From Anaeramoeba ignava BMAN (taxonomy: Eukaryota; Protista; Anaeramoebae), in assembly GCA_028826165.1 (NCBI GenBank), contig JAPDFW010000135.1:62001-126000 (forward strand): a stretch of 64,000 nt of DNA. The letters run 5' to 3'. The notes under the pieces are model-generated. The model saw only the letters and a program-made list of their open reading frames with translations, did no database searches and was not told the DNA's origin. A program made the position numbers and the translations under genes. Below, piece after piece: positions 1 to 11,641 of the stretch (positions within the stretch are counted from its first letter, which is position 1; each line of letters begins with the position of its first letter).

Positions 1-1646
1 ATTGAATTAACAAAAGAAGCATTTAATGTGAAAAATCAATTTATTAAAAAAAAATCAATTTATTAAAAAAAAATACGTTTTATTTTGTTGTTTTTGGATT
101 AAAAAAGATTTTGAAGAAATTTTATGTTTTTAGAAATATTAAAATCAATTTTCGATTTTTGGAAAATTCAAAAAGAAAACAAACACAAAATTGTATTGTT
201 GAAATTACAACTATTCAAAAAAGACCATTTCCACATTTTTCTATGTTTCCTTCATTTAAAGATTCAAATCCATTTTTTGTAATTACTTTTATTAAACAAC
301 AAAAATTACAAAATCAGAAAGGAAATGTTTTTCTAAATCAAAAAATTTGGATGATTTGATGTTTTTTTCTTTTTTTGATTAGAATTTTCAACTTTCAGTT
401 ATTAATATTTTAAATGCAGGAATTATATCAGAAAAATTTCGATTTTCAAATAATTATGAAGAACTTCATTTTGGAATTTCACTTCCTTTAATTGAAAAAG
501 CAAAAAACGGAAAATTTCCACAAATTCATGTTTGGAATTCTTTTGGATCAAACAGAAATTATTTTGAAAATTATCTCAAAGATACATTCACATCGAAATG
601 GATATATAGTTCTGATATATTGAACCATTTCGACCCAAATTCATTTGGAATTGGAAGGAAAAATGGAGTTTCTTTGTGGTCTTTAATTTTTCAAATGCGA
701 CAAAATAATTCCTGGGAAAATGATCTTTCAATCCAAAATCTTTTTCGTTCTACATATAAAATATCACTTGAGCATGGATATATTCTTGATAAAAGAAACT
801 CTCCTCAAATACCGACAAAAGGATGGATGTTTTCAACTTTCAATGTATTTTTTGTGAAGAAAAAAATGAAAAAAAGAGAAATGCGAACTTTTTTCCCTAA
901 AAAAATTAAATTTTTTTCTTCTTCTTCTTTTTAAGGAAATTGCAGGTTTTTCTAATTTTGGAAAAGCTCACTTTTTCAGAAATGATAGTCGTTTTCAATT
1001 TCATATTCCTTTAGGAAAATATTTTTCTTACAATTTCATGTCAAAATTCAATTTTGTTATTCCAACAAAAAAAAAGAAGGATTTAATAATTGATGATCAA
1101 ATTTTTGTTGAAGATTCTGTTCCTTTTCGGGGATTTAATTACACTACTTTGAGTGAAGATATATTTAGTGAGTCAATTAAATATTATTTTTAATTGATTT
1201 TTAATTAATTTTTAATTTTGGATCATTTAAGGTGATTTTGATTTGAAGAAAAATACATCAGGAAATGTATTTGGTTTAATTACAGGAACCTTGGCAACCA
1301 ATTTTAATTTATTTAGAAGGATTCCACTTTCTTTATTCACTTTTGGATCTGTTGGAAATCTTGGAAAATTTCGAAGAAGTAAATTCATTTTCCAATTTAA
1401 AATTTAATTTAAAAAAAATCAATTTAAAAATTTTTTCAATTAAAATTCAAATAAAAATCAAAAGAGGATTTCACTTTTCCAAATTTATTCTCATTTGCTA
1501 AACGTTCAAGAATGTCTTTTGGTGTTGGAATTGCTACTCGATTTAGAGATTATAGATTAGAAGTTTCTTATTCAATTCCTTTTCGTCTTTCACCTCAAAA
1601 TAAACCTCAAAATTTTAATCCTTTAATCACTTTTGATTTAGCTTAA
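1..1646 (+). CDS. SAM50: Sam50/Omp85-family outer-membrane beta-barrel assembly protein, 5' partial, at least 5 introns (28-107, 279-382, 845-935, ~1168-1231, 1379-1464)
   Basis: Manual splicing gives a POTRA-like N-terminal part, DKRNSPQIPTKGW (DxRxxxxxPTxG), FRGF (the [IV]RGF motif of Omp85), SFGVGIATRF..RLEVSYSIP and a C-terminal beta-strand ending LITFDLA*. Confidence 0.72.
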
Positions 1647-1732
1647 AATGAAAATAAAAAAAACCAAAAAGAAATTTTGAAAATTTTTCCATTTTCATTT
1701 TCATTTTTTTCATTTATTTTTCTTTTTGGAAA

Positions 1733-4423
1733 ATGATTTTAAATCAAAAAAAAAATGAACAAGAAAATAAATTTCAAGAGAAAATAAGAACACAAAATTA
1801 TAAAGCAGTTTCAACAATTGGAAATATAATGAAAGGAGTTTTTGGACCGAAAGGACTTGATAAAATGATAATTGATAATTTTGGAGAAATAATTATATCA
1901 AATAATGGGAAAAAAATATTAAAACAACTTAAAGTTCAAAATCCAATTGCAAAAATATTAATTGAATCAGCAAAATTACAAGGAAAAGAAATTGGAGATG
2001 GAATAATTTCAACAATTTTATTGGCTTCTGAATTATTAAAAGTTTTTATCATCTCAAAAAAATAAAAATCCAAAATACATAAATATTTAATTTGATTATT
2101 ATTTTAATTTAAAGCAAGCTTTTGAACTTGTTGATAACTCAGTTCATCCAAATACTATTATAAATGGATATAAAATAGCTCTTAAACAAGCAATTAATTA
2201 TATCAATAGAGATTTATCAAAAAATATTAAATTTTGTGGGAAAAAATCTTTATTTTATATTGCAAAAACAGCTATGACTTCAAAAATTCCTGAAAAGTTT
2301 GGAAATTCAAAAAAAATTCCAATCAAATTTATTCAAATCAAATTTATTTATTTCAATTTATTTATTTCAATTTATTTATTCCAATTTATTTATTCCAATT
2401 TATTCATTCAAATTTATTTATTCCAATTTATTCATTCCAATTTATTTATTCCAATTAATTTATTCCAATTTATTTATTCATATTTATTTATTCATATTTA
2501 TTTATTCCAATTTATTCATTCCAATTTATTTATTCCAAATTTATTTATTCCAATTTATTTATTCCAAATTTATTTATTTATTCAATCCAAATTTATTTAT
2601 TTCAATTTATTTATTCCAAATTTATTTCAATTTATTTATTTCAATTTATTTATTCCAATTTATTTATTCCAATTTATTCATTCAAATTTATTTATTCCAA
2701 TTTATTCATTCCAATTTATTTATTCCAATTAATTTATTTATATTTATTTATTCCAATTTATTTATTTCAATTTATTTATTCCAATTTTATTTATTCCAAA
2801 TTTATTCAATCATATTTATTTATTCCAATTTATTTAATTCAAATTTATTTAAACAAATTTATTTATTCCAATTTATTTATTCATATTTATTTATTCATAT
2901 TTATTTTATTCATATTTAGTTTTGCTGATTTTTTTGCAAATTTAATTTCTGATTTAATGTCTCCATTTATGAAAAAAGGAGGATCACTTTTAAAATCATC
3001 AATTCCAAAAATTTATATTTTAAAAATAAATGGAAAATGTTTAAAAGATTCAAAACTTATTGATGGTCTTGCATTAAATCTTCCTATTGCTTCAAATAGT
3101 TATTATTTTTAAAAAACAAACAAAATATTTAATTTATTTCAATTTAAAAAAAAATATCAAAATCAATTCTTTGTTAATAAATTTAGAAATGCCTCAAACA
3201 ATTAAAAATGCTAAAATAATTGCATTAAAATTTCCTTTAACTTCACAAAAATTGGGATTAGATTTAAATACTTGTATTAAAGTTCAAAATATTCAAGATT
3301 TATCAAAAATTGCAAATAGAGAAGTAATTAAAATTATTTGAAATTAAATTTGATCATATTTTGGTTTTTTTTAAAAAAAAGAAGAATTTGGAAATAAAAT
3401 TAAAATAGAAGCAAATATTGAAAGAAAGAGTAGATTTAATTATTAAATCAGGAATAAATGTAGTTTTATCAACAAAAACTATTGAAAATAATTGGTAAAA
3501 ACAAAATAATCCAAATTAAATCAAAAATAAAATATTCCAAATTAAATATTAAATTAAATATTAAATATTAAATATTAAATTAAAATGGAAACTCAAGTTT
3601 AAAAACATTTGAATCAGCAAAAATAATTGTAATTCGGAACATTCCAGAGAAACAAATGAAAAGAATTTGTAAAGCAACAGGAACAATTCCAATAATATCT
3701 TTAATAAACATAAACGGAGATGAAAATATAGACAAAAATTGTTTAGGACAAGCAAAACAAGTTTCAAAAGAAAAAATAAGTGAAAATGAAATTGTTTTAT
3801 TTCAAGGATTAAAAACCAAACGAATTCAAACAATACTTTTAAGAGGACAAACAAAGAATTATTTAGAACAAAGTTATCAATCAATAAAAAACGCAATTTC
3901 GTGTGTGAAAAGAGTATTAGAAACAAATGCAATTGTTATTGGCGGCGGAACATTTGAAACTTCGATATCAGTTTATTTGGAAAAATTCACAAAAACACTC
4001 GCTTCAAGAGAACAAATAGCAATTGCAAAATTCGCAGAATCTTTATTAGTTCTTCCTAAAACTTTGATTTCTAATTCTGATGGTGATTGTTTGGATTTGA
4101 TTTCCAAACTCCGGGCTTGCCACTATTCTTTTCAATCAAATAATGATAAATCCCTTAATTATTTGCAATTTGTTGGATTGGATTTGTTAAATAATAAATT
4201 GGCAAATAATTTGTTTGCTGGTGTTTTGGAACCTTCTGTTTTGAAAATTAATCTTATTAAAAAAGCAACTGAAACTGCTATTACTTTTATTAGAATTGAT
4301 GATTTTTTTCATTTTGATTCTTTTGTTTCTAATTTGGATTTGTTAGTTCAAGATCATCATTTTTTGGAGTTAGATTTAAATTTAAATTTTAAAAAAGATT
4401 TTGAATGGAATTTGAAAATTTGA
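1733..4423 (+). CDS. CCT1: Divergent CCT/TRiC chaperonin alpha-subunit homologue; introns 2042-2114, 2297-2919, ~3099-3186, 3324-3408, 3495-3597
   Basis: FGPKGLDKM, VHPNTIINGY, SREQIAIAKFAESLLVLPKTL, GLDL, GVLEP, ATETAITFIRIDD match CCT-alpha; exons splice in frame at GT-AG. Confidence 0.85.
2297..2919 (+). repeat. Intron filled with (TTTA)n / CCAATTTATTTATT satellite
   Basis: Degenerate tandem repeat between in-frame exons AA|gt ... ag|T. Confidence 0.85.
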
Positions 4424-4462
4424 AAGATTTTTATTTTTATAAAAAAAAATATTTTTTCCGAT

Positions 4463-4510
4463 TTTTCATTTTTCATTTTTCATTTTTCATTTTTCCATTT
4501 TTTCATTTTT
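4463..4510 (+). promoter_or_regulatory. Tandem TTTCATTT initiator-like elements upstream of TTC1 (example of a window-wide motif)
   Basis: tttttcatttttcatttttcatttttcattt a few tens of nt before ATG 4521; the same motif precedes nearly all genes on their coding strand. Confidence 0.6.
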
Positions 4511-4520
4511 TTTATACAAA

Positions 4521-5682
4521 ATGCAAAAAAATCAATTAAATCAATTAAATCAAGAAACAAATCAATTAAATCAAGAAACAAATCAATTAAATCAAAATCA
4601 AAATCAAAATGAATTAAATCAAGAAACAAATCAATTAAATCAAAATGAATTAAATCAAAAAACAAATCAATTAAATCAAAATCAAAATCAAAATCAAAAT
4701 CAAAATCAAAATCAAAATGAAAATCAAAATCAAAAAACAAATCAATTAAATCAAAATCAAAATCAAGAAACAAATCAATTAAATCAAAATCAATTAAATC
4801 AAAATCAAAATGAATTAAATCAAGAAACAAATCAATTAAATCAAGAAACAAATCAATTAAATCAAGAAACAAATCAATTAAATCAAAATCAAAATCAAAA
4901 TCAAAATCAAAATCAAAATCAAAATCAAAATCAAAATCAATTAAATCAAGAAACAAATCAATTAAACCAAGAAACAAATCAATTAAATCAAAATCAAAAT
5001 CAAAATCAAAATCAAAATCAAAATCAAAATCAAAATCAAAAATCAAAATACAAATCAAAATCAAAATCAAAATACAAATCAAAATCAAAATCAAAATACA
5101 AATCAAAATCAAAATCAAAGTGAAGATCAAATTAATAAACCACCAGAAGCAGAAGAAGCATTACAAGAAGCACTTCTTCAAAGAGAAAAAGGAAATTTAT
5201 TTTTTCGAAAAGGAGAATTTGACGAAGCAATAGAATGCTATACAAAAGCAATAGAAGCGAAACCACCAGATGATAATTTAATATCAATTTGTTATGGAAA
5301 TCGGTCATTATGTTATTCCAAATTAGGACAATGGGAAGATGTAATTGATGATTGCACTGAATCTCTTAAAATACAACCGAATTATATAAAAGTTTTATTT
5401 CGAAGAGCAGATGCTTTTCAACAACTTACTCGTTTCTCAGAAGCTTTGGAGGATTTAGAAAAAATTTCTCAAATTGATCCTCTTTTAAAAGAAGTTCATT
5501 CAAAAATTCTTCAAGTTCGTAAACTTGCTCAAGAAAAACAAGAAAATCAAAAGGAAGAAATGATGGGTCAATTAAAAAATCTTGGAAATAAAATTCTGGG
5601 TAAATTTGGTTTAAGTACTGATAACTTTAAAACAGTAAAAGATCCTCAAACTGGTGCTTATTCTATTCAATTTCAAAAATGA
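4521..5682 (+). CDS. TTC1: Tetratricopeptide repeat protein 1-like with N-terminal NQ/ETNQL low-complexity tract; one extra A near 5040 (probable sequencing indel)
   Basis: After frame correction: REKGNLFFRKGEFDEAIECYTKAIE, YGNRSLCYSKLGQWEDVIDDCTESL (TPRs) and the TTC1-type C-terminus MGQLKNLGNKILGKFGLSTDNF..DPQTGAYSIQF. Confidence 0.85.
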
Positions 5683-6005
5683 AATTAAAAATTAAAATTC
5701 ATTTATGAATTTAAAATTTAAATTAAAATTAAAATTAAAATTAAATTTAAAATTAAAATTAAAATTAAAATTAAAATTAAAATTAAAATTAAAATTTAAA
5801 ATTAAAATTAAAAATTAAAATTAAAATTCATTTATGAATTTAAAATTAAAATTAAAATTAAAATTAAAATTAAAATTAAAATTAAAATTAAAATTAAAAT
5901 TAAAATTAAAATTTAAAATTAAAATTAAAATTATAATTAAAATTAAATTTAAAATTAAAATTAAAATTAAAATTAAAAATTAAAATTAAAATTAAAATTA
6001 AAATG
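5683..6005. repeat. (AAAATT)n intergenic microsatellite
   Basis: Direct reading. Confidence 0.9.
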
Positions 6006-6251
6006 AATTTTGAATTTTTTTATCCAATTTTTATTTTTATTTTTTTGGATTCTTTAATAATTAAGAAAAGAAAAGAAAAAGTTTTTAATTACAAAAAGAT
6101 ACCCTCTAAAAAAAATATAAAAAAAAAATAAATAAAAAATAAATTCTTTGTGGAAAAAAAAAACAAAACAAATTTTTTTTCATTTTTCATTTTTCATTTT
6201 TCATTTTTCATTTTTCAATTTTTCAATTTAATTTTATTCAATTTAAATTTA

Positions 6252-8379
6252 ATGAGAATTTTATCAGATTCAGATTCACATATAGAAACAGAAACAGAAA
6301 CAGAATCAGAATCAGAAATACAAGTTGAAACAGAAATAATGAATGGAAGAAAAAAGAAAAGCCCAACTTTATGTTCTTTAGGATGTTTAAAATGTTATAG
6401 ACCATATTATCTTGTTTGTGGTCATATAACTTGTGGTATTGATTTAATTTTAATGCCTTTATTTGCTCTTGCAATTTTTCTTTATGCAACTATTATTTTC
6501 AATTTAATGGCCGCTAAAATGGATAAACTTTATTTAAAAATTATTTATTTCGCAATTTTTGATCCTTTAGATTTTTTATTTTTTGTTAGTTATGTTAGAA
6601 CAATTATGACAGATCCAGGTATAATATATAATATAATATTTAATATAATATTTAATATAATAATTAATATAATATTTAATATAAAATTTAATATAATATT
6701 TAATATAATATTTAATATAATATTTAATATAATATTTAATATAATAATAAATATAAAATTTAATATAATATTTAATATAATATTTAATATAATATTTAAT
6801 ATAATATTTAATATAATATTTAATATAACATTTAATATAATATTTAATATAATATTTAATAATATAATAAATATAATAATAATATTTATATATAATATTT
6901 AATATTAATATTTAATATAAAATTTAATATAATAATTATTTTAATAATTAATATAATATAATTATAATATTTAATATAATATTTAATATAATATTTTATT
7001 TAATATTTAAATTTAAATATTTATAATATTTAATATAATATTTAATATAATATTTTAATATAATATTTAATATATTATTTAATTTAATAATTAATATAAT
7101 AATTAATATAAAAATTTAATATAATTATTTAATATAAAGTTTAATATAATATTTGATATAAAATTTAATATAATATTTAATATAATATTTAATATAATAT
7201 TTAATATAATATTTAATATAATAATTAATATAATATATAATATAATATTTAATATAATATTTAATATAAAATTTAATGTAAAATTTAATATAATATTTAA
7301 TATAAAATTTAATATAATATTTAATATAATATTTAATATAATATTTATTATAATAATTAATATAATAATTAATATAATATTTAATATAATATTTAATATA
7401 ATATTTAATATAATATTTAATATAATATTTAATATAATAAATGTAATAATTAATATAATATTTAATATAATATTTAATATAATATCTAATATAATATTTA
7501 ATGTAATAATTAATATAATATATATTACTTATTCAGGAACTGTTCCTATTGGTTGGAATGATCCAAATCCAAATCCAAAAATTCCTTTTTATCCAATAAC
7601 AAATGCCGAACACAAACTTCATAAAACAAGACCAAGACCACCAAGATCTCATTATATTAGAAGAATGCATAGACTTGTTCTTAAACCAGATCATATTTGT
7701 CCTTGGGTTGCTAATGTTGTTGGTAAATTTAATCACCAAAAAGAAAAAAGAAAAAAGAAAAAAGAAAAAAGAAAAAAGAAAAAAGAAAAAAGAAAACGAT
7801 CCAAATTTTAATAATATTTTTTTTCTTTTAGGTTTTCGAAATTATAAATATTTCTATCTTATATTATTTTGGGGATGGTTTTTATCACTTGCGACTTTTT
7901 CAATGACAATTCCTGTTTTGATTTCTTCCGATCTATCACGACTAAATAGACTTTATTATATCCCAATAGTTTTCTTTACAGGATCTTTTATATTTTCAAT
8001 GGGAATTTTATTTTTTCAACACACACACCTTTTATTAAGTAATAGAACAACAATAGAATATCTTCAATATTTGGATGCTAAAAGAAGAAAAGAAGATACA
8101 AGAAATATTTATGATCTTGGAAGACTTTTAAATGTTAAACAAGTTTTGGGTGAAAAAAAAAGATACTGGTTTTTACCAATTAATACATCTATTGGTGATG
8201 GTCTTTCTTTCCCTACAAATACTACTTATACTAATAATACTAATAATGCTAATAATACTAATAATGATATTCTTATGAATAATATCGATAATGATATCAA
8301 TATTGATAATGATATCCATATTAATACTCATCTTAGTTTGGACCAAGAAAATATCAATGATCGTGAATCAAATAATTAA
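6252..8379 (+). CDS. DHHC-family protein S-acyltransferase, DHIC variant lacking zinc-finger cysteines; introns 6619-7536 and 7723-7831
   Basis: TM1-2, TDPG, RPPRSHY..KPDHICPWVANVVGFRNYKYF, TM3-4, NRTTIE (TTxE), YDLG..NVKQVLG (PaCCT motif). Confidence 0.9.
6619..7536 (+). repeat. Intron filled with 12-mer (TAATATAATATT)n satellite
   Basis: Direct reading; flanked by G|gt and cag|GA restoring DPG. Confidence 0.85.
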
Positions 8380-8568
8380 ATTTCTTCTCGATTTTTTTTC
8401 TCAATTTATTTCCTTTTTTCCTTTTTTAATTCTCAAAAAATATTAATTTAGAAGGTAGTTTTAATCTTTTCTCTCTTTTTGTTTTGCCAAATTTTTCTTT
8501 GTTTAAAAAATAAAAATCAAAAATCATTTTTTTCATTTTTTTCATTTTTTTCATTTTTATTATTAAGA

Positions 8569-10687
8569 ATGACTGATGTATTGTTAACCTCAGATGAATT
8601 TACAGAAAATTTTACAGAAAACTTAAATCAAAATCAAAATGAAAATGAAAATCAAAATGAAAATCAAAATCAGAATGAAAATCAAAATCAAAATCAAAAT
8701 CAAAATCAAAATCAAAAATGAAAATCAAAATAAAAATAAAAATCAAAATAAAAATCAAAATGAAAATGAAAATCAAAATGAAAAAAAAGATCAAGATATA
8801 ATTAATGAAAAAGAAATGAAAAAAAATGAATCTATAACACAAGATTTATTAAATTCATTTTCAGATTTAGAATTAGATGCAGAAGAAAAAGCAGCACCAA
8901 AAACAATAGAAAATGAAGATAAGAATTTAATAGAATTGAAAAATATACATAAAACTTATTTAATTGGAGTTGAAGGAGTAGCAGCTTTAAGAGGTGTATC
9001 TCTCAAAGTGAAACGTGGTGAATTTTTAATCATCTTTGGAAAATCTGGTTCTGGAAAAACAACTTTATTGAATATTATTGGAACAATTGATACACCAACA
9101 AAGTTAGAAATGAATATAAATATAAATATAAATATAAATATAAATATAAATATAAATATAAATATAAATATAAATATAAATATTATTATAAATATAAATA
9201 TAAATATAAATATAAATATAAATATAAATATAAATATAAATATAAATATAAATATAATTATAAATATAAATAAAATATAAAATCTAAATATAAATATAAA
9301 TATAAATATAAATATAAATATAAATATAAATATAAATATAAATATAAATATAAATATAAATATAAATATAAATATAAATATAAATATAAATATAAATATA
9401 AATATAAATATAAATATAAATATAAATATAAATATAAATATAAATATAAATATAAATATAAATATAAATATAAATATAAATATAAATATAAATATAAATA
9501 TAAATATAAATATAAATATAAATATAAATTTAAATATAAATATTATTATAAATTGGAAATAATTTTAGAGGAAGTTTATCAGTTTGTGGAACTAAAATAT
9601 CTGCAAAAACAAAAGATAAAACTCTTGCCCATTTAAGATTGAAAAGAATTGGATTTGTATTTCAATCATTCAATTTACTTTCTTTAATGACTGCTTTAGA
9701 AAATGTTGAAATGCCAATGATTCTTGATGGTTCAATACCTTCAAAAGAAAGAAGATCAAAAGCTAAAAAAGCACTTAAAAGAGTAGGTTTAAGTGAAAGA
9801 TTATATCATACACCATCTAAACTTTCAGGAGGAGAACAACAACGTGTTACAATTTCTCGAGCAATAGCAAATTCACCTGATCTTTTATTACTTGATGAAC
9901 CTGTAAGTTAAAATATTTTTTAATATTAATTTTAATTTTAATTTCAATTTTAATTTTTGTTCCACTTTTTTTATTAATTTTAATTTTAATTTTAATTTTA
10001 ATTTTAATTTTTAATTTTAATTTTTGTTCCACTTTTTTTATTAATTTTTTTTATTATTTTTTTAGACTGGAGATCTTGATACAAAAAATACTAAAATTGT
10101 TTTGCATTTATTACTAAATTTAAATTTAAAAGAAAGTAAAAATTATTTTGTTTTTCTTTTTATTTGTTTGTTTGTTTGTTTGTTTGTTTATTTGTTTTTA
10201 TTTTTCTTTAAAATAATTAGATGTTACTTTGGTTATGGTTACTCATGATATTACTTTAAAAGATTTTGCTGATAGAGTAATTTGGATGAGAGATGGATTA
10301 AAACTTTCAGAAGAAGTTATTAATCCTGAAAGAAAAAATAATGTTCGAAAAAGTCTTTTAGATGAAACTAATGTAAAAAAATTTAATAATTTTAAATTAA
10401 ATTTTCAATTAAATTTTCAATTAAATTTTAAATTAAATTTTAAATTAAATTAGGATTGGCTTCAAGTTAATAATTTAGCTTTTGAAGAAGACTCGTTTAA
10501 AAGTTCTAATTTCCAAAACTTTCAAAATACAACATTTAGAAATCCTAATCAATATAAACACTTAAAAAATTCAAGTTCTGTTAAAAAAAGAACTCAAATT
10601 ACTAAAGAACAAATTATGCAAGAATTAGGAAAAATTGCTCCAAATGTTTCTTTCAAAAAATTTTATTCAGATCAAGAAACAAATTAA
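8569..10687 (+). CDS. Stand-alone ABC ATPase of LolD/MacB/FtsE type; introns 9103-9568, 9903-10065, 10136-10220, 10373-10453; indel in the NQ tract near 8716
   Basis: ALRGVSL, Walker [37 protein letters not shown]|TGDLD, VMVTHD; no transmembrane domain. Confidence 0.9.
9103..9568 (+). repeat. Intron filled with near-perfect (TAAATA)n
   Basis: Direct reading. Confidence 0.9.
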
Positions 10688-10820
10688 AAAAAAATTTTTT
10701 AAATTTAGATTAAGAAAAAAAAAATTTTTTTTTTTTGGAATTCGGGACAAATTTTTTTTAAATAAAAAACACAAAAAAAAAACTTGATTTCAAAATTTTA
10801 TGTTTTAAATTTTTTTTTTT

Positions 10821-11522
10821 TCAATTTATTCTAAATCTTTTAAGAGTTTTTACAGAAACATTTGATTGTTGAATTTTATGGGAAGCTCTATTTTTCCAAA
10901 TTTGATATTGTTTTGAATTTTGCTTTCCAATTTGAAAAAGACTTTGTTCAAGCCAATCAAGATTATCAATAAATTCTTCTCTATCAGTTGTAACTTGAGA
11001 AGTAATTAAATCTTTTTGTTCAATTTTTGGTTCATCAGCCAAATCGGAAATTTTAAGAAATCTTTTAATCAACATTTGAGACATTGAATCAATCAAATTT
11101 TCATCATTAAAAATTTGAGCTAAAATTGCTCCTGTTGTGTAAAAATGCCGTTTAATTTTCTGTAATTTGATTGAAGTTGAATCACTTTTCCAAATTGAAT
11201 GAAAAGTATTTGAAAAATTATAAGGCATTTGAATTTGAACTGCTTTTTGTTGATGTAAAGGAATTGCAATCCATAACGGAAGATATATTTTTGGTGATTT
11301 TTGTTTTGTTGAATCAAAATATATTTTCGACATTTCTGTTGTTTCTGTTTCTGTTTCTGTTTCTGTTTCTGTAAAATCAATTTCAAATAATGAATCTGAT
11401 TGTGAACTTAAAATTGAATTGAATTGTGAAAGTTGAGGAAGATCTATTAAAAGTTTAACAGGAACAAGTTCAGATTGAGCAAGAATTGATTGAGGATCAA
11501 GAAAATTTCCAAAAAAATCCAT
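10821..11522 (-). CDS. PSF3: GINS complex subunit Psf3-like
   Basis: FLDPQSILAQSELVPV, LPLWIA, PYNF, HFYTTG, LDWLEQSLFQIG..YQIW follow the Psf3 pattern. Confidence 0.75.
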   Translation of the reverse strand: MDFFGNFLDPQSILAQSELVPVKLLIDLPQLSQFNSILSSQSDSLFEIDFTETETETETETTEMSKIYFDSTKQKSPKIYLPLWIAIPLHQQKAVQIQMPYNFSNTFHSIWKSDSTSIKLQKIKRHFYTTGAILAQIFNDENLIDSMSQMLIKRFLKISDLADEPKIEQKDLITSQVTTDREEFIDNLDWLEQSLFQIGKQNSKQYQIWKNRASHKIQQSNVSVKTLKRFRIN

Positions 11523-11641
11523 TTATTTAAAAAAAAAAAATTTAAAAGAAAAAAAATGAAAAAAAAAAAAAATTTAACGGAAATTTTTTAATTTTTTAAA
11601 TAAAAAGTGAAAAAAAAAGAAAGAAAAAAGAAAGAAAGAAA

